Positions 52,113 through 64,000 of a stretch of DNA of 64,000 bases are shown here, piece by piece. The stretch spans positions 305,412,001-305,476,000 of the forward strand of contig OZ024740.1 in assembly GCA_964016885.1 (NCBI GenBank). Direction: 5' to 3'. How positions within the stretch are numbered: position 1 is the stretch's first letter; each line of letters starts with the position of its first letter. The notes beneath the pieces were generated by a model, which was not told the DNA's origin, did not search any database, and saw only the letters and a list, made by a program, of their open reading frames with translations. Made by a program: the position numbers and the translations under genes. Source of the DNA: Eledone cirrhosa. Lineage: Eukaryota.

Positions 52113-55100
52113 TAACATTGAAAAATAAAAAAATAAAATGTAGGTCTTTGTGAACACTGTCTGTTTTGATATCTGTTCTGTAACAAGTTACAAATGTGCC
52201 CCCTTGTCAGCCTCATCAGAAACATAGTAAACCATTGAAAACCTGTAAGCAACAACACTATAGTTCACAAATTGAAGTATAAAATAAGAGAACAATAATT
52301 ACTAGTTTCTACATGGAATGTTTATCATTCAACTGGTGTTCCAGCTTCGATCATTTTACCTTTTTATCGATTATATTATATGGCTTTTTAAATATGAACA
52401 GCATGACACTAGAACCTTTAAGACTGATACAAATGCTAGGCCTCACCACCACTGAGAATTTCTCCCTCAACAACTTATAACTTTCTTAAAAGCCCACAAT
52501 GGAATACTGCTCCCTGCTCCTTTGTATCTGCTGCTGCTGCTACAGATACAAACATCCTAGACCACATAAAAAAAAGGGCCACGTGACATTGGCACAAAGT
52601 CACTCACCAACACACTCCAACCTCTGACCCATGAATGTAGAGTCTCCTCTCTGCTTTTTTATACTATTACTACTACTACTACAGTGATCTTAGGTCCACA
52701 GACCTGTCTGGTCTCATGCCACCACTCAAGTAATATCAATTCACCTGTCGCTTGTCACCTATACTGTATCCACTTCCACAAACCCCATACACTTGGTTCT
52801 TCTTTCCAGAACACCATTTCATTGGAAAGTTCCCTCCCTGCAGCTGTTAACTTAAACTGTTTAACCATTTTGATACCAATCATTCTATGAATCAAAACCT
52901 CCCATACTAAAGAACATTTTATTAAATATTACAAATAGCATCTTAATAATGAAATAATTATTTTAGTAAATTCTTCCAAATTCTTCATTAGTTACTTCAG
53001 ATACAGTGTAATTTATCATAAATATGGTCATGATAGGGTTAATGACTGTATAGAAGCTCTTGCATTGGACAAAAACAAAAGCAGCAACATCAATAATCTT
53101 AATTAGTCCTAAACACTGCTCTGACTGAATCCACATTTATTGTGGTCACCATAGGATCACACAGGAACAGACTGGCCAGTATAGAAAATACAGCATATCC
53201 AGATATTCAATTTAATAAACCACTACGTATAAGAGAGCAGAGCAAGGTCCTCAACTTAGTGGATTCATGAATGATACTTGTTTGAGCAAGTACTTACATG
53301 TTATACATCTGCTCTATATGACTGAACATGTCTACACAACAACCACACTGAATATATGACTGCACAATGGCCATAATTTCACTACACTTTCCTAATTAAG
53401 CAACTATTTTCTTCATCATTCAGAAGTTCCCAACATCTTACATTTTTCAACAAACTACAAGAATTCTCCATAAAAGATACTAAGCAATCGTTAATATTGC
53501 AATCGACTATCATTGGCCAATTTTGTTAATCCTAAATCTTCACACTCGTTATTCTATATCTCCTTTCTCTCACTTTACTGAAAGTGTCTGTTCTTATTTT
53601 TTTTCTCTTCACACACCATCAGCAACATTTAGGAAAGAATAATTCCATACAGTTAATTTAAGCTAAAATCAGGCATTATTTCAGCTAGAACAAGGTAAAT
53701 ACAACAATGTTTGGAATAATTCCTTTACTCTGCAATGATTACTTAGATTTGAGATATAGTCACTAATGGATATTTCAATAAGAGAGGTAAGGTACCTTGT
53801 TACTTAATTAGCTCCTACTTTTTAACACTTTTGTTACCAATCCAGCCAAAACTGGCCCTGGTTCTATGAAATGAAACCACCCATTTTAAAGGTTTCTAAT
53901 TTAAATTTAAATTTTCCAACATAATTTTATATAAGAACCTTACAATCTTAGTAATGAAATAATTAATAATTTTAGTAAATCCCTCAAAACTCTTGATTAA
54001 TTACTTAAAATAGATTGTATTTCATTAGACATGGAGGGATGACAAGGTGAAGCTAATTTGTTAGATAGTAGACTGGAATTTAGTTTCTTCTTTTAAAACT
54101 GTGTGATACATTATTTTTTAGGAAAATACACCTTGGATAGAGTATATATAAGTAATAGTTATATAGTAATTCACAGATTAACTATCAAGATTGAAAGCTA
54201 TAATAATAGTCATCTGAAGAACAAACTGATTTCTGTAAGATGTCTTGTTTGCCAACCTGAATATATCTAAGACAAAATCAGTTGTTCTTGTCAACTATAC
54301 TCAAAAATACAGTTCTATAAGTAAAATAGAAAAGGTGAAAGATAGTTTTTGAACGGCAAGATAAATGGGTAAGGAAATTTAGGGACAAAGTTTGGAGTTT
54401 TGGGTAAACATGGTTCATTTACCTTAATAATAATGAAGTTGGAGTCATTTCAACTTCTTAATGCTATATCTGCAATAGATGGTGAAGAGATAAGTCAATA
54501 GTTTACATCTTAGGCCTCTTGCACCTACCATGAAACCAAATCATATTAGAAATATATCACATAGCAATGTTGAAACGGTAGTAGAACTGAAACTTTTTAC
54601 TTTATCACAAGTAACATTTAGATGATATAAAATATAAAGTAAATAAGAAGACCACTTTTCAGAAAATGTGTTATAAAATGGTTTTAAGGTAATGTGAAAC
54701 ACTTTTGTTAAGTGTACTTTTAAAAGAAATCACTTAGACTTGTACAATTAAAGACTGAATGATTGACACAAGATTGATTTATTGATTCTCAATATTAGAC
54801 AGCATAGGAAAATTTGAAATAGTTGGCAGTTGATACTAGTTAAGGAATTCAAATGCTCACCACATTAGAGTAATAGATATATTGCCATTTGCATGATGAC
54901 AAGAAGTTGAGCAAGAATTGAAACTTAAGTTAAGCAAAATTAAGTTTGAAGAATATTGGAAGTAATTTGCTTAAATTGAATCTGTCTAAGTAATTATATA
55001 TGTTTCTACATATACAGAGTTTCGAGGTTTTGAACATTTTCATATTTATACAAACAGATGCCACAGAATAGTTATAGCAATGTTTTTCAAAATGGCCCCT

Positions 55101-56314
55101 ACCTTGAGTTGCTTTTTTAATAATATAGTTTTTTGGACAATTAACTTTAAATTTAGAGATGAAACATTTTTCATAAAACTTTTATAAGAGGAAAAATAGC
55201 TAAGTAAGGAAAGGCTGATTATAGATTGAGGGAGAAAGGAAATCAATGGAATGAAATTTTGGACTGGACTAAAAGCGGCCAGTCCACGCTGTAAAGTGGT
55301 CATGTAGGTGTCACAACAAAAAGCGCCAAGTCCACACTATAAATGTGGTTAGTGTTAGAAAGGGCATCCAGCCGTAGAAACCAAGTCAAAATGAGTTTTG
55401 TATGAGCAAGAAATGGTCATCTGACCTGTCTTGTCTCACATTGGGACAACTCATCTAACCCATGCTAGTGTGGAAAAATAGACATTAAATGATGATGATA
55501 AAGAACTATGGTGGAGATTTAGAAAAATTGAAATAGCAGTAAACATTTCAATATTGAATTGTTATATTTATTTGAGAACTGGCAAAGATAAATTTAAGTA
55601 ACCTAATAATTATTTCTACTTTAGGCACAAGGCCAGCAATACCCAGTGCATTACTGGTACTTTATTTTATCGACCTCGCAAGGATGAAAGGCAAAGTCAA
55701 CCTCGGCGGGGTTTGCACTCAGATCGTAAAGGGACGTAACTATGCTGGAAAGCACGACGTCCGACCCTCTACCGATACTGCCAAACCTAATAATGTAATA
55801 ATGCATTAGTAGCTTGGTGGAGAAAAGCAAGACTAGCCTTAATTTAAAAATAAAGGTTCATAGTTTGAATCCAGTCTAGTATTACATGCATATCCAGGAA
55901 TAAAAGATGTGATGACAATTAGAGATCAAAACATTGCAGATGTAAATATTAAAAAATATTTCAAATTATAATCTTATTGAATGTGCTTTGATTTACAAAA
56001 AATACAATAACAGAATTTGTAATATGCTATATAAAACAATTGAAAGACAAGGAAAAATAATAAGCAAAAAGATAAAATATAGAGTTTACAAATGATAACC
56101 CCTTGTGTATGTATCAAGTGAAGTAATCTAGTCAGTGTCTGTATTATTAACTATCAATATGGACAGGACATTGGGGCTAGGTAGCTGAATCATGAAGAAT
56201 GATATAGAGAAGCAGAGAACTAAATGATCAGATGTTTAGGGGCTAATCTAGAGAAAATGACAGATATAACATGATTGTATGAAGTGTAGTTCAGTAGTCT
56301 GTGTAGCTTTTCCT

Positions 56315-56726
56315 TAACCCTTTATCATTTAGATTACTCAATATTTCCTTTTATATTTTCACAGTAAAGGCTTTATCTCACATAATGTTGAATCTAAGAT
56401 ATTTTGATATTTATTTTGAAAACAATACCTTAATGTTGGTATGGGTGGCCAGTTTGAACAGAAAGTGGTGAGAAAATTTTGGCCAGATATGGCCGATTTA
56501 ACCCTTTAGCATTTAAACCAGCCATATCTGGCATAAATTCTCTCACCACTTTCTGTTCAAACTGGCCATAACGGGCCCCTCATACTGATGTTATGGTATT
56601 GTTCTCAAAATAAATAATATCAAAATCTCATAGATTCGATATTATGTGAAATAATTATGCGTGAAAAAGCCTTTACTGTGAAAATACAATAGTAAATATA
56701 GAGTAATGTAAATACTAAAGAGTTAA
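56315..56726. mobile_element. Two adjacent piggyBac-type MITEs (family 1) in inverted orientation
   Basis: 56315-56497 is the reverse complement of 56498-56726; TTAACCCTTTA ends. Confidence 0.8.
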
Positions 56727-59252
56727 AGGGACTGCAACTAGATAGTGTACATATTAAACATTCAAGGATATATGCAGTACTGAAACACTTCAGAAAAGAA
56801 ATGTTCATATTGAAAAGAGAATTCAATTTGCATAAGTAAACATAATCAGGTTCGAAACGTAGATAGAAATCACAATATAATTTTGTATTTTATGAGAAAT
56901 AAGATGGTTTATTTGGAGAACTATTAACATCTTGTAGAAATCAACAAGGGAAATTTTTAATAGATTTTTGACAATGTTAAGTAGCTTTTTATGGTGTGAA
57001 GAATAACCGAGTTAAATTGAAATGAGTAAACAAACCTTAAAACTGGTTTACTATAAATTATGTTACATTACTTTGATAACTTTGATAGGTCTTCGCCAGT
57101 ATTGGCCCAGGCCATGTCTAACTTAATAGCACCACCTCATTAGGAATCTTGCAACTATTTTAAGGGAAAGTAAAAAATAAATAAGTAAAAGATAAATTGT
57201 TCTAGGTTTTGCATGGCAGATAGAGCATATAGTTATGTAGGTGTAGGTACCACAACAAAACGAACCCAGTACACACTGTAAATGTAGTTGGTGTTAGGAA
57301 GGGCATCCAGCCATAGAAACCAAGCCAAAACTAGTTATGAGCAAGATGTGGTCATCTGACCTGGCTTATCTCACAACAGAACAACTCGTCTAACCCATGC
57401 TAGTGTAGAAAATGGATGATGATAGCAAATGGAGATAAAAGGTTTCAAGATGATAATTTCTTCTTAAAAACAAACTTGTGATCTCTATATAAAAAGTCAA
57501 GTCACATGTCACTTTTTGCTGGAATGTCATGCTTGTGAGAAGCAATGAAAAGAGAATAAGACAGTGGACAGTAAATAGAGTGGCATAAAGTCATGAAAGA
57601 AAAGAAAGACAGTGTATAACAGATGTTGCAGAGAGAATGAATTAAGTAAAGAGAATGAGAGATAGAGAGTATCTACAAAATATTGTAATTAGAAGGGGAA
57701 ACATGTTTTCTTCGTAGTCTTTTGAGAGAAATTACAAAATAGTTGGCATTTGTTGCAGATGCATGTACAAATGTGTATGCTAGGTATGACAACCTTTTGT
57801 GCTCCTATTCTTTCCTATTATAGGTGTGGTGCCACCCTTACATTGGAGTTTCTAACACACTGCATGGATGTCACACATACACATCAAGGAATTATCACAT
57901 TAGATATTTTAATTCTGAAATTTATCTTTGTATACTCAAATAAATCCTGATATTTTTTATGAGTATTACACCTATAAGATGGTAATTAGTATTCACAGCA
58001 GTTACTTTATAACAAGATGCTTATATTGTTAGTATAGGGATGTGAGGGAACATATACTCTAACCCCAGTCCATCTCTGAGGTGAGTAGCTCTGCTTGAGT
58101 ACTTGATCTGTGATGACCTATCTAACCCTTGCTAGCAAGGGAAACGGACAACATTAAATGATGATGATGCTATACGAGAGTGGACTGAATGAGTGATGCT
58201 AGTGCTGTGAAATCTTGCATGCATTAATTTCAACTTTTCTTCTTAATAACTGCATTATTTCTTTCCAGAGTCTATGTTGCAAAATAAATCTCATTTGGTC
58301 ATTTCATGAGAGTATCTTGGTTGAACTTTTCAGCCAACCCTTGTATAACTTAGTATTGGATTCTACTACCATTGATGAATTGAGAACACTTAGTGTCCTT
58401 TTGAAATATCTAATATTTGCAAGAGGCCAAATTTAGGTTCCTCTGAAGGGTCTTTAGAATAATTGTTTCTACTTTAGGCACAAGGCCAGCAATTACCCAG
58501 TGCATTACTGGTACTTCATCTTATCGACCCCGTAAGGATGAAAGGCAAAGTCAACCTCGGCGGGATTTGAACTCAGATCATAAAGGGACGCAACTATGCT
58601 GGAAAGCATGGCGGCAAACCGTCTACCGATACTGCCAATCCACTGCCCTGGATTGTCTTTAGAATAATGTTAATTGATAGAGTGCGTAGCTCAGAGATCA
58701 GTGAGTCACTCCAAGTAGAGCCGCTACTTCTCCAAATTGAGAGAAAACGGCTCTGATACTATGGACATGTGGTTAGGATGTCTCAGGAAAGAATCACTGG
58801 ACAGATTTCATGAGCAAAACCAATCGGCAGGAGACACAGGGGTAGACCCCATGTAAGATGGTTGGATAACATCCATGATCTTGGCTGGTCTCACTTGGGG
58901 ATCCAGCCAGATCAGTTAGAAACAGTTGCTTCTGCCCCACTGGAATGAGTGTTTGAAGACTCTGCCCCCATGACCCTCTCAGGAATAAGTGGTCGAAGAA
59001 GAACACAGTTTGACCTATGTGGAAAATTACTCCCCTTTAAACTATCAGTTTTGGAGAGATCAATATACAAAACCTCTGGCTTCATTAGTTGTTATTCTCA
59101 GCTATCTACACCAACTCACCTCTTTATATACTGATTGACCTAACTAAAATGTGCAACTATTCTTTCTGTCAACACCTTTCTACCATATTAACATTTCCTG
59201 TATTATATACACACTGGTTATTTTAAGCCAGATAATTTTTAATGGTCTAGAC

Positions 59253-59915
59253 CAAAGGTACTCAACGGGGGGCATATGCACCCCCAGGGGGCATTTCGGA
59301 ACTCCAGGGGGGCGTTTGGGAGCAAGATCGCGTTAGGGGGGCGCTGGAAGGCTCTTTATTTTGGTAAGTTTTATAAGCCATATTTGTTTGTCTTTGAGAC
59401 AGCCAGTGTGAATGCATTTGAATGAGCTTGCAGACAGCATAACTATGGTCTGACTGCAGCTGTGAGTAGGTGTGCAGGCATGTCTGGTAATTGAGATCCT
59501 AAAAATGGAAAAACCCACAGTCAACTGGGTCAAAGACACTTTGAGTGCAGCCAGTTAGAATCTTATCTTTCCTTCACCGATAACAATGTATTTCATGTCT
59601 GAAATAATTGACTCAACCGCAACGAGTTAACACTATGTAGATCTATTTTATTCCCTATTGTATAAATAATATTACAAATAAAAAAAAGAAAAGAAAAAAC
59701 AGAAGCGAGTAGAACACACATCTAGGACCACATACAACACATAATCAGATAATACACACATCTTTGGAATATTGTTAATCGATTTTTTAGTAATCTACTG
59801 ATATAAAAATCAGTAGTATATTGAAAAATGGAAAAATGGGGGGGGGGGGGGGGGGCGTTTCGTGATTTCGAAGGACAAAAGGGGGCATTTGGCCTAAATG
59901 TGTTGAGAACTTGTG
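59253..59915. mobile_element. hAT (Charlie-like) non-autonomous DNA transposon
   Basis: 8-bp TSD GTCTAGAC (59245-59252, 59916-59923); imperfect TIRs CAAAGGTACTCAAC / GTTGAGAACTTGTG; subterminal GGGGGC repeats. Confidence 0.8.
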
Positions 59916-60019
59916 GTCTAGACTATCTACACATGTCAAGATGAAATTGCCAAAATTATCATATGTACCTTTTTACATTCCATTCATCTCTGAAACATGC
60001 ACAATGACCTTCTCTAGAT

Positions 60020-60420
60020 GTTATCATCATTCATTTTTCACGCTAGCATAATTTAGACGGGTTGGTCATTATAGGCAATTTGGGTCAGATGACCGTGGGT
60101 AAGTAGTGGTTAAGAGGTGCCTACTAGATATATGTCAGAGTCCGTATGCATGGGAAGGCGTGTCTTCTGTATTACTTCATAATGCCAAAGATCTTGATCC
60201 TGTGTCACTGTCTTTGAGAGGTGCAATTGCGCATGGTCAGCTTTTATCACCTCACCCCAAGTCTTCCTACCCTATAGCTTTGATTACCTTTCACTTTTTT
60301 ATACAGCTGTCATCCTTCATACGCATCACATGACCATACCAATGCAATCTCCTCTCTAGCATACTACATCTGATCCCTCTTATACCTAATTTCTCTCTCA
60401 GTTCACTTACGCTTTGCCGT
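60020..60420 (-). mobile_element. RTE 3' fragment
   Basis: ORF 60291-60608 contains SVSELREKLGIRGIRCSMLERRLHWYGHVMRM. Confidence 0.8.
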
Positions 60421-60489
60421 TTATGTATATATATGTATGTAAAAGTAATAACAAAAATAACAAAACAAACGGCACAGTACATGGAAGAA

Positions 60490-60520
<31 letters not shown>

Positions 60521-61805
60521 CATACATACACACACACAGATATATGCAGTTAAATAAGTTAGACAAACATAGTGGGCAATTAAAATTAATGAAGATAAGG
60601 AAATACAACTGTTATCTAACCCTTTCCTGACTACATTTCTAATGAATAGACTGCCTATGGACTTCAATTAATTGTTGATGATAAAAATTTTAAAGAGGTT
60701 TAATAAAATATCTGTAATTTTATATATTATGTATATTATACTGATATTAAGTGAGATTTTGATTTAAACACGAATAGCTTAGTATGGTTGATCCCAGACG
60801 TGTTGGTGATAAAAGGGTTAAACAAGGAGCAAACACATGTTCTCACTTAGGTAAACTAACAATCTTCTATAGCCATCACTCACCCTTGCCAACCGGTGTC
60901 TTGCTCCTCCATAAACATTTTATTGTGCCTCTCAATGCCTCAGTTCACTTAGGTGTTGGACATAAGTAACAGCTTTGTTAGAAATATTATTTGTGGTAGA
61001 TCATCTAGGGGCAAACTTATCTGACATTTGCCCAATATCACGAAATTATAGCTAAGCAGTAATGGGCTCTATGAGGTGACTGTCACATCCTTTGCAATCA
61101 ATAGTGTGGAAGAAACCTTTGTTCAACATAGAGGCAACAACAAATCTCCTATAATTACAACTGCAATTATCATTTATTTTGTTAACATTTCAAACATTGC
61201 CGATCAATTGTATCTGAATATTATTCTTTCATAAAATGACATCTGTGTATTTGTGTGTATATATATATATATATATATATACACTAGACCACTCGTAACC
61301 AATTGGGTCACATTAAATTCAAAGTCATTCTTAAATAATTAAAATATACAGACGTATATAATGTGAAATGAAACTGGAAGGCCCATATATATATATGTGT
61401 GTGTATGTATATATGTGTGAATATATATGTGGGTGTCTGGGATCTATATACACTGGTCATAGACACACACACACTCACATATCTATATACACAACAACAC
61501 CTCCAGCTCTCTTCCATTCCCCCTTCTCTCTATGTCTTTCTTTCAATCTACTCTCTCACAACTTCCTCTCTCTCTGTTTATGAAGGTACTCAGAAAAACA
61601 CCATATCTCGGAAACTCGTGCTCTGATTTACGCGAAACTTGTTTTATTCCATTTGTATTCCCATTTCAGGGTCAACTTCCTTTCAAAGTATTTTCCCACT
61701 ATGCGCCCTTTTGGCTGTATTACATTACAGACAAGCAAGCAAGCAGTTAGAGTTTTAGTAGTATATATATATAAACTACCATTTCCTTCTCTCTCTATAT
61801 ATATA

Positions 61806-62677
61806 AAGGGGTGGTGCAAAAGTAGGTATACATGTTTCTTATTGATGTTTTTATAATCAATAAAATACGTTTTGTTTCTCATTACAAACCCAGCGTCCTC
61901 ATACTCCCTCCACAGCACTAATATCAAGAAGTTTTCTTGTGAACGTGACCTGGGCATTACGGTCAGCAGCGATTTGCGTTGGACGAGGCATGTCTCTAAA
62001 ATTGTCAAGAGGGCCGAGGGTGTCTTAGCATCACTCAGCAAGACCTTTGTCAGCCGCTCTCCAGATATCTATTTAAGGCTGTACATGGCTATGGTGCGAC
62101 CACACTTAGAATTTGCATCACCAGTCTGGAACCCCTATCTTGCTCAGAACATTGACCGCCTGGAAACTGTTCAGAGACGTGCAACCAAGCGAATACCCTC
62201 CATCAGGCATCTACCATACTCTGAGCGCCTTGTTTCCCTGGGCATGGATACATTGAAGCTCTGACGCCTGGCAACTGACTTGGTAAACACCCACAAAATT
62301 GTTAACCATGTTGCCAACAACAACCCTGAGTGCCTTTTTGATTTCCATGTGTCTAACACACGTGGATATGCCCACAAAGTAAGAAAACAGCACAGTTCCC
62401 ATGACTTTCAGAAACATTTTTTCACGCTCAGAGTTGCTGAAGCATGGAACAAACTACCTGCATCAGTTGTTAACTGTCGAGACACTGCATCCTTTAAGGC
62501 CTCCATGCTTCCCGAGATCCGCCAACACTACAGGTAACACATACACATATGTACTTCCCTGACATTTGTGTATTATTCTATGTACTATACATACACCTTT
62601 GACGAGTTGTAGTGCACCTGAGCACTTTACACAATAATTTCATTATTACAGTATACCTACTTTTTCAGCCCCCTGTA
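61806..62677. mobile_element. Tc1/mariner-like MITE interrupted by a LINE
   Basis: Imperfect TIRs agggg...aaaagtaggtatac (61807-61831) / gtatacctactttt...cccctg|ta (62651-62677). Confidence 0.6.
61872..62648 (+). mobile_element. CR1/L2-group LINE 3' fragment (RT C-terminal region, in-frame stop)
   Basis: ERDLGITV..W..HV, LYMAMVRPHLEFASPVWNPY, LETVQRRATKRI, PYSERL, TRG..K, FFTLRVAEAWNKLP; (ATT)n tail. Confidence 0.9.
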
Positions 62678-62683
62678 TGTATT

Positions 62684-62872
62684 ATATGAATAAGATCTGT
62701 ACACAAATACATGCTACCTAAGGTTTCAAATTTCAACCAGCATAGGACATAGTTATTCTGTCTGCTAGTTTAGATGATAACTAAACTAGTGGACATAGAA
62801 TATCTATGTCCTATGTTGGTTGAAATTAGAAACCTTAGGTAGTGTGTATTTGTGTAGAGATTTTATTCATAT
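62684..62872. repeat. Long imperfect hairpin (~90-bp arms)
   Basis: atgaataa.atct.tacacaaatac...ctacctaaggtttc.aatttcaacca.cataggacatag and its reverse complement. Confidence 0.9.
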
Positions 62873-64000
62873 TATATATATATATATATATCAATCGTGT
62901 CATTTGCTTTGTTATTTCTGTTTGCCTTTTGTATAAGAAAGTATAACACTGATTACAATTGTTGGCTGGTGGAATCTAAGGCAGCAATGTGTCATTTGTA
63001 AATCATCATATCAAGTTAATTATTCATTCTAATCACACACCCCTCCCTGACTCAGAAAGTTCCCATAAAACCAAAAGATCATAAATATGTGAGAGAGAGA
63101 GAGTGTGTGTGCGTGTGTATGTGTGTGTGTGTGTGTGCGTGTGTATGTGTGTGTGTGTGCGTGTGTTTGTGAAAGAGAAGGATAAGACTGCTAAAGACAT
63201 GCACAAGTCAATAAATGGCAACAGATGTTCTGAAGTAAATGAATAACAAATTGCCACAAAGTAACAATTGTGTTTAAATGCAACTCTAGATGATTAAACA
63301 TCTCTCAATAATAATGGTTTCTGATTTAGGCACAAGGCCAACAATTTTGGGGAAGGGGAAAGTCGATTAGATCAACCCTAGTGCATTACTGGTACTTTAT
63401 TTTATCGACAGCGTAAGAATGAAAGGCAAAGTTAACCTCGGTGGGATTTGAACACAGAACATAAAAGCCGATAAACTCTATGCTGTAAAGCATGTTAATC
63501 TGATGCTCTGTCAATACTATCGATCCACCACCCTCACTCAATAATAATAATATTGTCAATGTTCGTTTTTTAATTATTCTTTCAAGGATTTTTTATTGTT
63601 ATCCAAAGATACATTAGTAATCCTTTCTCTTGTTACCGTTTCTTGTGTTTTTTGTTGTTGTTTTTAAACAAAGAAGAAATTTAAAATTATAATTGAAAGT
63701 TTGAAAAGTTAAAAAATAAAAAAAGATATTTATTAGCATGCTATCTAATTCGTAGCAATCTTAGTTAATCATTAAAATATGAAGAGACTAGTTGTGGACT
63801 GTGTTGCTAAAAACACAGTTCAATAAAGTTTTAAAATATTAGTCCTAAGAACAGAATTTCAGGGGTTCAAACAGGCTCTTCAGATCAATTTTAGCCTATG
63901 TATTTTAATATTTGGTTCATCATATTTTATGGTCGTCTTTTAAGTCCCCAGCTGTAAATTACTATTTATTTCTATCTTATTGATTTTGAGTCAATGTGGA

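Noticed and set aside
54856-54930. Candidate ARF exon 1 with a gtgag donor
   Set aside because: In-frame stop in the required phase and no MG..RILM sequence

Overview
AT-rich eukaryotic genomic DNA. The repeat repertoire and (TA)n/(CA)n density resemble a coleoid cephalopod such as Octopus; this is inference, not a database result. Two spliced genes lie on the minus strand, largely missed by the ORF track. (1) A class II ADP-ribosylation factor (ARF4/5 type): coding exons 2-6 at 44190-50660, with exon 1 not found in the window. (2) A ~150-aa HMGA/D1-like chromatin protein built from ten phase-0 micro-exons (30-54 coding nt; 6776-24395). It has six AT-hooks, one per exon, and one of those exons was recently duplicated in tandem. 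The rest is mobile-element debris: RTE, CR1-type and CRE LINE fragments, two convergent Penelope-like elements, two tRNA-derived SINE families, a piggyBac relic with matching MITEs, hAT and Tc1-like MITEs, and non-autonomous Helitrons. The most unusual non-genic signal is a set of long fold-back palindromes, several of which contain, or are centred on, hammerhead-ribozyme core motifs of Penelope pseudo-LTR type.
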